Assembly (NCBI GenBank): GCA_964633905.1
Contig: CAZWIT010000001.1
Location: forward strand, 65,535 to 129,534
Direction: 5' to 3'
DNA length: 64,000 bases
DNA from: an uncultured Gammaproteobacteria bacterium
GTDB lineage: Bacteria; Patescibacteriota; Patescibacteriia; UBA1558; GWA2-36-10
Under the pieces are notes generated by a model, which saw only the letters and a program-made list of their open reading frames with translations, was not told where the DNA came from and did no database searches. Shown here in pieces: positions 9,324 to 18,523 of this stretch; within the stretch, counting starts at the first letter, position 1; each line of letters starts with the position of its first letter. A program made the position numbers and the translations under genes.

Positions 9324-10487
9324 TTAATTTGGTAACATCTTAGCTACCAATCTCATCGTTTCAAGGGCTTGGCCACTTTTGAGAGCAGCTTCAGCCATTT
9401 TGAAACCTTCGGCAAAAGATTTGCAATAACCAGCTAGGTAGTAGAGCAAGGAAGCGTTCGCATAGACAGTGCTCATGCGTTCGCCGTTAATTTCTCCAGA
9501 CAGGAGCTGGAGCGAATATTCGCCTTTATTGCCAATCGGGCGCACAGCTTCCAGTGGGATAGGGTGAATACCAAAATTTTCGGCACTAAGCTCGTATTCC
9601 AAAATTTCTTCATTACGCAATTCAGCAACTTGAGTACCACCATGGCACACAGAAGCTTCGTCCATACCAAAGATTCTTGATTCATCAGCAAAACCACGAA
9701 TAAATAGGCCGTGCTTGAGATGTGTTAAGCCTTTCTGATTAAGAATCAAATAAACTTCAGCTACGACGCGAGGCGGGATCAGTTGATTCACGCCCAGAAC
9801 ACGCCTGGTCATGAGTTTAGTGGATATAGGATTAGTGATGGGTCCGATGATGTCATTCATATGGGGTAGTTTAGCAAAGCTATGGGTTTGCAAATGAATC
9901 TTTTTGTAGCGAGTATCAAGTGCTTCCGTATACCCAAAATTATATTTTCTCAATGCTTCCATTACTTTGTCTTTGTCGGCAAAAGTATTAATGCGACAAA
10001 TTTTAGAAACAAAATCAGAACTACCATAAAGACCTTTATCAGCATTGGCAGGGGAACCGTGTTTGCACATCGGTATGCCATCAGAGGCAGCAATAAATGC
10101 TGACACCGTGCTAATATTAGCGGTAACGATCAGATCGCCACCCATGCCGCAATTATCCATTGCAAATTCCATTTCCGGGTTCAAGAATCCAAATTCGGAT
10201 TTAGCAATATCATGTTCAAAAATAGCAGCACAGATACCAGCAATTTGTTCAGCTGGACTCTTGGGCAGTGGATGACCGTGATGTTCTTCAAGACGCTTGT
10301 TCCATTGCCAGTTATAGGTAGCTTGGCTGTGCAGAGCGCAAAGGACAGCCACGCTTTGTATCTGCGCAAGGGCATTACCAGCGCATCCATCTAGCGTGTA
10401 GACACCCAAGGCGTAAGCTTCGTCATATGTCAAAGGAATATTCTGATAAGCATGATCTTTGAGTAGGTGCTTGACATCGATGGGCAT
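9324..10487 (-). CDS. Anthranilate phosphoribosyltransferase-like protein (type III PRTase, divergent)
   Basis: DNCGMGGD, ANIST, KHGS, GSSD, IGPITNP, GMDE; AAGGAG before ATG 10487. Confidence 0.8.
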   Translation of the reverse strand: MPIDVKHLLKDHAYQNIPLTYDEAYALGVYTLDGCAGNALAQIQSVAVLCALHSQATYNWQWNKRLEEHHGHPLPKSPAEQIAGICAAIFEHDIAKSEFGFLNPEMEFAMDNCGMGGDLIVTANISTVSAFIAASDGIPMCKHGSPANADKGLYGSSDFVSKICRINTFADKDKVMEALRKYNFGYTEALDTRYKKIHLQTHSFAKLPHMNDIIGPITNPISTKLMTRRVLGVNQLIPPRVVAEVYLILNQKGLTHLKHGLFIRGFADESRIFGMDEASVCHGGTQVAELRNEEILEYELSAENFGIHPIPLEAVRPIGNKGEYSLQLLSGEINGERMSTVYANASLLYYLAGYCKSFAEGFKMAEAALKSGQALETMRLVAKMLPN

Positions 10488-10519
10488 TGTTGGTGCTCCT
10501 TCTTTTAGGCTAGTTGCCT

Positions 10520-11023
10520 TTATCCCAACCACTCTATTAGCTTGTCCATTCCTAGTCTCACGGTATTGTGAATAGATATTATAACCATTTGATGAGATTC
10601 GGAATCTTTATTTCCATTAGGGTCTATTATGTCACTAACATCAGTGGATAATTCCCCGAATAATCTTATTTTATAAAAATATTGGGGGAATTGTTCTTTA
10701 AGTTTAGTCAGTATGTAAGAATCCATGGCCAATATTTGTTCAGCCTGGTGAATTATGTCGTTATCTATCGGAGTAGATTTTTTATCAATAGGTATTTCTA
10801 TACCTATATTATCCAGGTATGGTTTAGCCAAATTATATTCTTCTGAGTAATCACGAAGATTAAGATGTTTTGGTAAGGGTAGACCCATTGTGCCTTGTAA
10901 GCTTCTAGAAACTACACTTATAGTATCTTCTTTGCCTATTTTTTTTATTTCTTTTTGCATACATAATTCAGCAATCACTGAGCGATATATATTGCCTTTG
11001 CAGACTATTAAAATGGTTTTCAT
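10520..11023 (-). CDS. Low-molecular-weight phosphotyrosine phosphatase family protein
   Basis: P-loop VCKGNIYRS, ILAMD, DIIDP; AAGGAGG SD. Confidence 0.85.
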   Translation of the reverse strand: MKTILIVCKGNIYRSVIAELCMQKEIKKIGKEDTISVVSRSLQGTMGLPLPKHLNLRDYSEEYNLAKPYLDNIGIEIPIDKKSTPIDNDIIHQAEQILAMDSYILTKLKEQFPQYFYKIRLFGELSTDVSDIIDPNGNKDSESHQMVIISIHNTVRLGMDKLIEWLG

Positions 11024-11130
11024 TTCTTTAGCCTCCTTGTTTTGCGGGAAATTTGTAATATCGTTTTACAACCTAAGCTATAATGTTAAAGAGCAAGTCG
11101 ATAAATTAAACATAAATGTACGAAAAAGTC

Positions 11131-11415
11131 AATAAAAAAACTTCTTATCCTCTTGTTACAAATATAATATTTGTACTAAAAGGACGAGAAGCTTCCCGTG
11201 GTACCACCTTTATTATTTTGATTGTTATGACAAATTAAAAAATCTGTCAGTAAAACAGATCAAAATCACTTTTACCGACTCAAGCCCCATTAGCTTATGC
11301 TTATGGCGACATCAGTTAGCCCATGATTACGGAGGCTGCCGAGTTATCACTAACGCAATAACCATCTCTGCGTGCCCAACCCCGCAATTTGCGGGACACG
11401 CTTCATAGATTTTGT
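11131..11415 (-). promoter_or_regulatory. T-box riboswitch (transcriptional attenuator) with non-canonical short stem I
   Basis: Minus strand AAAGG-TGGTACC-ACG..CGT-CCTTT antiterminator, overlapping terminator ending in a T run, F-box-like CCGTAA; promoter TTGACA(11465-11460)-17-TAAGAT. Confidence 0.85.
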
Positions 11416-11537
11416 AATTTTCAAAGTATTAATATTATCTTATATTTTATTATTATTTTTGTCAAGCTTGTTATTAATGCCTTGACATAAGCCTTTTTTT
11501 ATGTATAATACCATTATATTTAGTTCATGTCATTGGT

Positions 11538-11612
11538 GGGCGCGTCGGTTAATTGGTAAACCACTGGTCTCCAAAACCAGGACTGGGGGTTCGAGTCCCT
11601 CCGCGCCTGCCA
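11538..11612 (+). tRNA. tRNA-Trp(CCA)
   Basis: Full cloverleaf, loop CTCCAAA, G73, encoded CCA; promoter TTGACA 11482 / TATAAT 11504. Confidence 0.96.
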
Positions 11613-11827
11613 CCCTAAAATATGGCTCAGATCTAGCTCAGATTTGAGCTTTTTATTTTTGACAATTATTTAGAATTATGGTAATTTCATAGGCAATTTA
11701 AGGTACATTGATAATATAAAGAAAGTACCATTTTCTATACAAAAACTGATATTTTTAGCGATTTTGGAAATATAGTTTTTACTTGTTAACTTCACCACAA
11801 CTAACACAGGAAAACGGAGGTGATGAC

Positions 11828-12862
11828 ATGCAAAATAAGCGTATCCTGACAGGTATGCGTACGACCGGCAGATTGCACCTTGGTCATTTTGTTGGCGCGT
11901 TGCATAGTTGGCTGGAATTGGAAAGAGAATATGAATGTTATTTTTTGTTAGCTGATGTTCAAGCTCTTACTACTCATTTTGATCGCGTGGCTGAGATTGA
12001 GGAATCAGTACGACAAGTGGTCATTGACTGGTTGTCGGTTGGCCTTGATCCCAAGCATTCTGCTTTTGTACTGCAATCAGCAGTGCGGGAATATCCGGAA
12101 CTTACTACCTATTTAGCCTTGCTAACCAGCATGGCTGAGCTAGAGAGAAATCCTACGCTAAAGGACGAGATCAAGCAACACGGCATGTCTTCAGTGAATT
12201 TGGGATTTATGATGTATCCTGTTTCACAGGCAGCTGATATTTTGCTATTCACTCCTGATCCCAGTGATCCGGAAGCTGAACTGCTAGTGCCAGTTGGCGA
12301 AGATCAGGTGCCTCATATTGAAATGAGTCGCGATTTGGCGCGGGCTTTTAATCGCCAATATGGCGATACTTTTGTTTTGCCTAAAGCTAAGGTTGGTTTT
12401 ATTCCGCGTTTGGGTGATTTGAGCGGTGGTCAGAAGAAGATGGGTAAAAGCTATGGTAATGCTATCTACCTATCTGATAATAGTAGCGATGTTTCAGAAA
12501 AAGTTCGTCTGGGTACCACTGATCCTAATAAGGCTAGAAAAAATGATCCGGGTAATCCTGACATTTGTCCAGTTTTTTCTTATCAGCAAATCTTTAATGA
12601 ATCAGAAGAGTTTCAGATTCGTAAGGATTGTATAGCTGGTAGTTTGGGTTGTGTTGATTGTAAGGCCCGCTTGGCTCAATCAATCAACACTTTTCTAGAG
12701 CCAATGCGTGATCGTAGATCAGATGTTGAACAAAAACCCGATATTGTTGCTGAAGCTGTTTGGTCCGGCACCAACCGTGCTTGTGAAATTGGTCAGAGGA
12801 CCATGGAGGAAGTGCGGCGGGTAATGCACCTGGACTACCCAAGTCTTCCCAAGCCGTCCTAA
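11828..12862 (+). CDS. trpS: Tryptophan--tRNA ligase (copy 2, SD-led, higher GC)
   Basis: HLGH, QAADIL, VPVGEDQ, KMGKS, C-terminal Cys cluster (ICP..DC..GCVDCK); GGAGGT before ATG 11828. Confidence 0.92.
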   Translation: MQNKRILTGMRTTGRLHLGHFVGALHSWLELEREYECYFLLADVQALTTHFDRVAEIEESVRQVVIDWLSVGLDPKHSAFVLQSAVREYPELTTYLALLTSMAELERNPTLKDEIKQHGMSSVNLGFMMYPVSQAADILLFTPDPSDPEAELLVPVGEDQVPHIEMSRDLARAFNRQYGDTFVLPKAKVGFIPRLGDLSGGQKKMGKSYGNAIYLSDNSSDVSEKVRLGTTDPNKARKNDPGNPDICPVFSYQQIFNESEEFQIRKDCIAGSLGCVDCKARLAQSINTFLEPMRDRRSDVEQKPDIVAEAVWSGTNRACEIGQRTMEEVRRVMHLDYPSLPKPS

Positions 12863-12877
12863 GGGAGGTTAGTGGTC

Positions 12878-14281
12878 ATGGAAGAAACCAAAATGTTTTC
12901 CGGTCGATGGCCCCTGGTGGGGGCCAAAGACGACACGATCCGAGCTTTCTTGGATCAGCAGTTTAAGGAAACTATTCGTTGGGGTGAAAGCGAAGTCCTG
13001 GGTTTTCCCAGTATGTCGCCACACCCTTTGGGTTTGGATATTTTGCAACAGGGTTTTCTGTTGCACGCTAACAATATTATGACCCTGACTCGTAGTAGGG
13101 GAGAAAAAGGTTTTGCTGGTTTTCAAAATATCGAGCGTGATTTGATTAATATGGTTGGCAACCTGTTGGGTGCCAAGCAAGTTGACGGCTACGTTACTTC
13201 TGGTGGAACTGAAGCTAATATGATGGGTTTGTGGGTTGGTCGTGAGAAGCTACGGCACACTGTTGTTGATCCGAGTGATAATCGGGTAGCGGTGTTAGCT
13301 TCGTCAGCTTCCCATTATAGTCTGCGTAAGGCTTGTAATCTTTTGGATTTGGGCGAGGGTATTTGGACTCCTTGTGCCAAGCCTTGCTTGGATCCTATTG
13401 GTAATAAGCCGATTAAGCATGTTTTTCATCCGTCAAACAATGGCGGTGGCCTGCATTTCATCAAGTGCGATGAAAGTGGTCGTATCGATGTTGTTGAATT
13501 GGAACGACGCATTTGTCATTTGCGTGAGCATTACGGCATTCGTCGTTTCCTGATTTTTTTGAATGAAGGTACGACTTTGACTGGCGCTATGGACAATGTC
13601 CAAAGCGTCGGCTCTCTAGTTTCTTGTTTGCGTAATGAAGTTTCGCAGCAGTGGGATTTTTATATTCATGTTGACGCTGCTTATGGTGGCTTTGTTTACC
13701 CCTTCTTGCGTGAAACGCAAGACATGAATTGGGGTTTTCGAGTGCCTCAAGTTGATTCTATGACAGTTGATCCGTATAAGATGGGGCAGTGCCCCTTGGC
13801 TGAAGGGATTTTCTTGTGTCGGCGTTCCGAACAAGGTGATGGTCCGCAATGCTATATCGAGCGTTCGGCTCATTATGTTGATGGTGCTCAAGATGATACT
13901 TTGATTGGTTCGCGTGCCGGCGCTTTTGCCGCAGCTTGCTGGGCTGTTTTCCAGCGAGAGGGTTCGAGCGGCTTTGCCGGTATGCATTCCGCATCTTTGC
14001 TGCAACGTGACTATTTGGCTGATCGTTTGGCCAAGTTGTCTTTGCAACCTCAGTGTCATTTGAATATGGTATCTTTCTATTTTCCTCAAGATCTGAATAG
14101 TGCTGTTTGGCGTCGGATGGCTGATTTGGTTACCGACTATCGTTTGATGTGGGATTGGTTTAGCCGTGATCCTGAGGATCCGGAAGATCATCCCCGCAAG
14201 ATCGTCAAGTTTAATATTACTCGTGACGTAAAAAGCGAGTGGATTGATAACTTCATTTCCGATTTGGAGAAGATTTTTTGA
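12878..14281 (+). CDS. Group II PLP-dependent amino acid decarboxylase (MfnA/tyrosine decarboxylase-like)
   Basis: TSGGTEAN, HYSLRKA, GTTLTG, HVDAAYGG, VDPYKMG, GSR; GGGAGGT SD, 15 nt after trpS2 stop. Confidence 0.87.
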   Translation: MEETKMFSGRWPLVGAKDDTIRAFLDQQFKETIRWGESEVLGFPSMSPHPLGLDILQQGFLLHANNIMTLTRSRGEKGFAGFQNIERDLINMVGNLLGAKQVDGYVTSGGTEANMMGLWVGREKLRHTVVDPSDNRVAVLASSASHYSLRKACNLLDLGEGIWTPCAKPCLDPIGNKPIKHVFHPSNNGGGLHFIKCDESGRIDVVELERRICHLREHYGIRRFLIFLNEGTTLTGAMDNVQSVGSLVSCLRNEVSQQWDFYIHVDAAYGGFVYPFLRETQDMNWGFRVPQVDSMTVDPYKMGQCPLAEGIFLCRRSEQGDGPQCYIERSAHYVDGAQDDTLIGSRAGAFAAACWAVFQREGSSGFAGMHSASLLQRDYLADRLAKLSLQPQCHLNMVSFYFPQDLNSAVWRRMADLVTDYRLMWDWFSRDPEDPEDHPRKIVKFNITRDVKSEWIDNFISDLEKIF

Positions 14282-14310
14282 TAATTCCTGATTTTACAAA
14301 GGAAATATGC

Positions 14311-14340
14311 AAAGGGGGCACTTAAAGTGCCCTCTATTTT
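14311..14340 (+). terminator. Terminator after the decarboxylase
   Basis: AGGGGGCAC-TTAAA-GTGCCCTCT then ATTTT. Confidence 0.7.
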
Positions 14341-14352
14341 TATTATTTTTTC

Positions 14353-14419
14353 TTGACAATCTTTATTCAAAATTGTATCTTTAAACAAGACGGCTTAATT
14401 ATTTAGACGGCTTAATTAT
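14353..14419 (+). promoter_or_regulatory. Sigma70 promoter followed by tandem AGACGGCTTAATTAT direct repeat
   Basis: TTGACA 14353, 17 nt spacer, TATCTT 14376; repeats at 14388 and 14405, the second overlapping the ATG. Confidence 0.7.
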
Positions 14420-15803
14420 GTTGCTATCAACATTTATCTTACTGCTTGTTTGGCTAATAAATTTTTCCTTATTGATATTTATTTTAGTTCAAAAAAATCG
14501 TCCGCGGCGCTGGCCAATATTTACTATGGTAGCGCTGCTTTTTATTTGGCAAGCTTCAGAGTTAGCTAATATTTTTTTATTTTTGGACAGTCCTTATCTC
14601 TTGTTGTCTGTACGTTTTGGTCTGCTGCCAACTTTATATTTAGCGCCAACTTGGGTTTGGCTAACTTGGTCGCTATTTGATCACTGGTCGACAACTAAGC
14701 TATTTAAAAAAATATTATGGTTTGTGCCAGCTATTATTTTGTCGCCATTGGTTTTTACTGACTATAATTTGAGCAAAGTTATTTTTGATAAAGGAGAATT
14801 ATCTTATGTACCTGGTCCGATTTATATTTATTTTGTTTTATATTTTGCCTTATTGATGGCCTATGGTTTGTATTATTTAATTCGTAATCGCAAAACAGCA
14901 GCTAGTATTGTCAAAAGACAAATTGATTATATTTTTATTGCCACTGCCTTAGTAGCTCTTTCTGCTATTTTGTTAAACGTAGTTTTACCTTTATTAGGTG
15001 TTTCTAATTTATATTATATTGGTGTTAATGTTTCTATATTTTTCACAGCTATTGTTACTTATGCCTTATTTCATGAAAGATTTTATGATTTAAGGATAGC
15101 TAGTTATCGGACAGTAGTTGATTTGTGGCGTTTGTTTATTACTGGTGCTATTTTTTATTTATTATTTATACTGCTTAAGCAGGTAATAGTAGTAGACTTT
15201 AATCAAGGTGCCAATATTATTGTTGGCTTCATTGTTTTAGGACTATTAGCACCAATTGTGTTTGAGGGAGTGAGTCGTTCTTTGGATTATTTGATTGTGA
15301 ATCCAGCTTGGGACTACACGCAAGCCCTGGATAATATTGCTAAAATTTTACGTTCCAGCCAAGATTTAAATTTTTTACTAGCTAATCTTACTAAGGAAAT
15401 TAGTCATATTATTGATTATAATGATATTTATTTGTATTTATCTAAGCGCCATAAGCCTGATATTTTTTATCAAGTCTTTCCTAGCGGTGAAAGATTATTG
15501 GCTCTTAATGAAAATCTCTGGCTACAAAAATTAGCTCAAGATAAAGAAATTAAGCAAACTGCCGAATTGGTTTATTGGCAAGGGGATTCGCAAATCACGG
15601 CCGAGCTTTTAAATAGTCATATTGACATTGCTTTGCCAGTGTTTTATAATCAACAGCTTTTGGGAATATTGTTAATAGATAATAAACAAAAACTATTATC
15701 CATACAACAATTGGAATTTTTAATTGAAGTTAATAAATATCTAGATATTGCCATTGGCAGTTTATTATTGTATGAGCAGGCCTTAGTAGGAAAGCAATCG
15801 TAG
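14418..15803 (+). CDS. HisKA_7TM-like membrane sensor plus GAF-like domain, no kinase
   Basis: About 9 TM helices, same layout as the N-terminal half of 23314..26121 (R-F-Y-D-L-R linker, ..ALPV..LLGILLI..K..L-E-F-L), ends before any H-box. Confidence 0.7.
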   Translation: MLLSTFILLLVWLINFSLLIFILVQKNRPRRWPIFTMVALLFIWQASELANIFLFLDSPYLLLSVRFGLLPTLYLAPTWVWLTWSLFDHWSTTKLFKKILWFVPAIILSPLVFTDYNLSKVIFDKGELSYVPGPIYIYFVLYFALLMAYGLYYLIRNRKTAASIVKRQIDYIFIATALVALSAILLNVVLPLLGVSNLYYIGVNVSIFFTAIVTYALFHERFYDLRIASYRTVVDLWRLFITGAIFYLLFILLKQVIVVDFNQGANIIVGFIVLGLLAPIVFEGVSRSLDYLIVNPAWDYTQALDNIAKILRSSQDLNFLLANLTKEISHIIDYNDIYLYLSKRHKPDIFYQVFPSGERLLALNENLWLQKLAQDKEIKQTAELVYWQGDSQITAELLNSHIDIALPVFYNQQLLGILLIDNKQKLLSIQQLEFLIEVNKYLDIAIGSLLLYEQALVGKQS

Positions 15804-15833
15804 GAAGAAATAATATTATATTAATATAATAAA

Positions 15834-16532
15834 ATGGAAAAATTTTTAATACAACAAAATTTAGTTTTATTTATTGTTGGCCTAGTTAATTTATTAATGG
15901 GCGTGTTTATTTTTAGTCGCGGAGTAAAGAATAAAATAAATTTGTATTTTAGTTGCATGACTTTGGCTAATTTTTTTTGGTCTTTAAGTTTAATACTTTT
16001 TAATTTAAGTTCCAATCAAGAGACATTGAGATTTTTTGCTAGCCTGCCCTATGCCTTTGCTTTTTTAGTGGTGGTATTTTTGTTTTATTTTTCTATATAT
16101 TTTCCTTATAAAATTTTTAATTTACCAAAAATTTATAAATGGTTATTAAACTTTATTGTGGTTATTGTGTTAGTTTATACTACCGTTTTTTATAGATTGT
16201 TCGTTGTAGAAACAATAATCTGGCCTGGTAATATGGCAAATTTTAATTTATTATCTTATGTAATATACACTTTATTATTAGTTTTATTAATGTTGGCGGC
16301 TCTTATATTTTTATTTTATAAATATCGTTTGGCGGAGGGTTTATTTAAATGGCAATTAAAAGTTGTATTTTGGGGAGTATTTTTAGGTACTTTTTTTGGC
16401 AGTTATTTTAATTTATTCTCAATGTATAATGATGATTTTGATTATGTTCATTTAGGCCCTTTATTTACATTATTTATTAATTTTATAGTTTTAGGTTTTA
16501 TTATAATGCCAAAGGATAAAATAAATAATTAA
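15834..16532 (+). CDS. Stand-alone HisKA_7TM-like membrane domain protein
   Basis: 7 TM; KNKINLYF..NFFWS..YFP..KY..AEG..QLK..G..FN..LGPLFTLF shared with the next gene. Confidence 0.7.
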   Translation: MEKFLIQQNLVLFIVGLVNLLMGVFIFSRGVKNKINLYFSCMTLANFFWSLSLILFNLSSNQETLRFFASLPYAFAFLVVVFLFYFSIYFPYKIFNLPKIYKWLLNFIVVIVLVYTTVFYRLFVVETIIWPGNMANFNLLSYVIYTLLLVLLMLAALIFLFYKYRLAEGLFKWQLKVVFWGVFLGTFFGSYFNLFSMYNDDFDYVHLGPLFTLFINFIVLGFIIMPKDKINN

Positions 16533-16535
16533 TTT

Positions 16536-17237
16536 ATGAATATTTTTTTAACAGTACAAATTATAACATTAACCTTTGCAACTTTAATTAATTTGTTGAT
16601 GAGTATTTTAGTGGCTAAGCGTGGCTTAAAAAATAAAATAAATAGGTATTTTAGCATTGTAACATTTTTTAATTTTTTATGGAGCTTTACAGTAATATGT
16701 GCTTTTTCTGGAGTTGCAATAGAGTTAGTTAATTTTTTTGATAAAACCACTAATTTTCTTAGTATTGGTATTATTTTATCTTTGTTTTATTTTTCTTTAC
16801 ATTTTCCCTATCAAAGAGAAGAAATAGATAAAGTTAAAACTACTATAATTTGGTTATTTACTATTTTATTATCCAGTATAATTTATACTAAGTGGTTTAT
16901 TATTAGTACTGTTTGGAGAATGAGACCATTTGATTATATTTCGTATTTTAATAGATATGGCTATTTTATTTATGTTACTTATTTTTTTATGTTAGCAATT
17001 TGGTCAATTTATTTATTATTTGTTAAATATAAACATGCTGAGGGTTTAGCTAAAAAGCAATTAAAATGGTTAATTTTAAGCATTAGTATTGGCTTATTTG
17101 GTGGCGCCTATTTTAATATATTGTTAAATTACTTAGGAGAATTTAGTTTAGGTTGGCTTGGTCCAATTTTTACTTTATTTATGAACATTACTGTTTTCTA
17201 TTTTATTATATCCTCTAAAGATAAGATTAATGACTAG
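16536..17237 (+). CDS. Stand-alone HisKA_7TM-like membrane domain protein (paralog)
   Basis: KNKINRYF..NFLWS..HFP..KYKHAEG..QLK..YFN..LGPIFTLF. Confidence 0.7.
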   Translation: MNIFLTVQIITLTFATLINLLMSILVAKRGLKNKINRYFSIVTFFNFLWSFTVICAFSGVAIELVNFFDKTTNFLSIGIILSLFYFSLHFPYQREEIDKVKTTIIWLFTILLSSIIYTKWFIISTVWRMRPFDYISYFNRYGYFIYVTYFFMLAIWSIYLLFVKYKHAEGLAKKQLKWLILSISIGLFGGAYFNILLNYLGEFSLGWLGPIFTLFMNITVFYFIISSKDKIND

Positions 17238-18219
17238 AGCCAGGAAAAAAATATTATTACTATTGGCTGGTGGCACTTGGATTTCAGATAAGAATCAACG
17301 CTTATTAAGCATCCAAGAAAAAACAGACGTCCTGCCTTGGCTTAGTGTTTTGCCGGAATTATCAATTATGGCTGACTTAGAGCCTGTTTTTATCAGCGGC
17401 GAAGCAGAAACTTTGAATCCTTTAATTTGGGAAAAAATGGCTAAAGTTATTTTAGCCAAACAAGCAGAAGCAGATGGCTTTATTATTGTGAGTCGCAATG
17501 AGCAACTAACTTACACGGCTAGTGCTTTAGCTTTTTCATTGCCTAATTTTTCTAAAAATATTATTTTAACTGCTAGTTATTTAAGTGGCTTAGAATGGCA
17601 ACGCAATAAAGAATATTTAGTCAAGATTAAGGCTAAATATAGTGGTTTGGGCTTAAAGGCTAATTTAATTAATGCAATTCAGGCCTTAGATTATAAGTTG
17701 CCGCAGCCAGCTATTATGTTTGGCACGCGTTTGTTGCCTGGCTTGCGGGCTAATTTTGAGCCTAATAGTGATTTAAATTTATTTAGCAGTCTTGATAATA
17801 ATTATTGGGGTAGAGTTGATTTTGGTGTTAATATAAAAACAAATTTGCCGAATTATAAAACAAATTTGCCGAATTATAATAAATTACAAGCTGAAATTTT
17901 AATTTTAAATAATGTTAGTGGCTTGCCCTGCTTATTTTCCAAAACAGAAATAAAAAAGTATAAAGCTATAATCATCAAGGGTGAAGATGGGGCAATTTTA
18001 GAGCCCAGTAAATTAAAACAAATAAAAGATTGGACTAGACCAGTGGTTTTATATAATTTTGTTAATCACAATAATCAGGCTGGTATATTTTTTATTAATA
18101 ATTGCACTTGGCCAGCTGCTGTAATTAAAACTATGTGGCTGGCAGCTAATGTAAAATCAAATTTAGAGTTTGGTAAATTATTAAATAAAAATTTGATGGG
18201 TGAATATTTATTATATTAA
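17230..18219 (+). CDS. Asparaginase-fold protein, probably catalytically inactive
   Basis: LAGGT, ADGFII, TASALAF, IILTAS, NLINA; the HGTDT motif is replaced by SRNEQ. Confidence 0.7.
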   Translation: MTRARKKILLLLAGGTWISDKNQRLLSIQEKTDVLPWLSVLPELSIMADLEPVFISGEAETLNPLIWEKMAKVILAKQAEADGFIIVSRNEQLTYTASALAFSLPNFSKNIILTASYLSGLEWQRNKEYLVKIKAKYSGLGLKANLINAIQALDYKLPQPAIMFGTRLLPGLRANFEPNSDLNLFSSLDNNYWGRVDFGVNIKTNLPNYKTNLPNYNKLQAEILILNNVSGLPCLFSKTEIKKYKAIIIKGEDGAILEPSKLKQIKDWTRPVVLYNFVNHNNQAGIFFINNCTWPAAVIKTMWLAANVKSNLEFGKLLNKNLMGEYLLY

Positions 18220-18229
18220 TTGAAGATCC

Positions 18230-18519
18230 GCCCAGTTAAATAAATTTAAATTTTTATAATATTATGTCATTCTACACTTATGTATTGTTGAGTAAAGAGG
18301 ATAATAAATTTTATATAGGTTATACTAAAAATTTAAATTTAAGATTTAAGCAACACTTAGCAGGTCAAGTAGAATCAACTAAAAATAGGAGGCCATTAAA
18401 GATAATTTATTACGAAGTATGCTTAAATCAACAAGATGCAATAAAAAGAGAAAAATATTTAAAAACTTATTTAGGTAAATTATTTATATATAAGAGGCTT
18501 AAATCTTATTTAACGGGGT
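18230..18519. mobile_element. Candidate GIY-YIG mini-element bounded by 14-bp imperfect inverted repeats
   Basis: GCCCAGTTAAATAA (18230) versus TTATTTAACGGGGT (18506-18519), 12/14 match; same ends on the element at 59332-59392. Confidence 0.55.
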
Positions 18520-18521
18520 AA
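18264..18521 (+). CDS. GIY-YIG nuclease (small, UPF0213-like)
   Basis: YTYVL..FYIGYT..R..QH..KREKYLK. Confidence 0.9.
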   Translation: MSFYTYVLLSKEDNKFYIGYTKNLNLRFKQHLAGQVESTKNRRPLKIIYYEVCLNQQDAIKREKYLKTYLGKLFIYKRLKSYLTG

Positions 18522-18523
18522 AT

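Noticed and set aside
6007-12862. UGA recoding as the reason for two TrpRS genes and tRNA-Trp
   Set aside because: TGA ends intact genes (3744, 14281, 17237, 22032), conserved proteins have no internal TGA, and the tRNA has a normal CCA anticodon with a 5-bp stem
14388-14419. CRISPR-like repeat
   Set aside because: Only two 15-bp copies with a 2-nt gap, no spacers and no cas genes; no CRISPR array seen in the window
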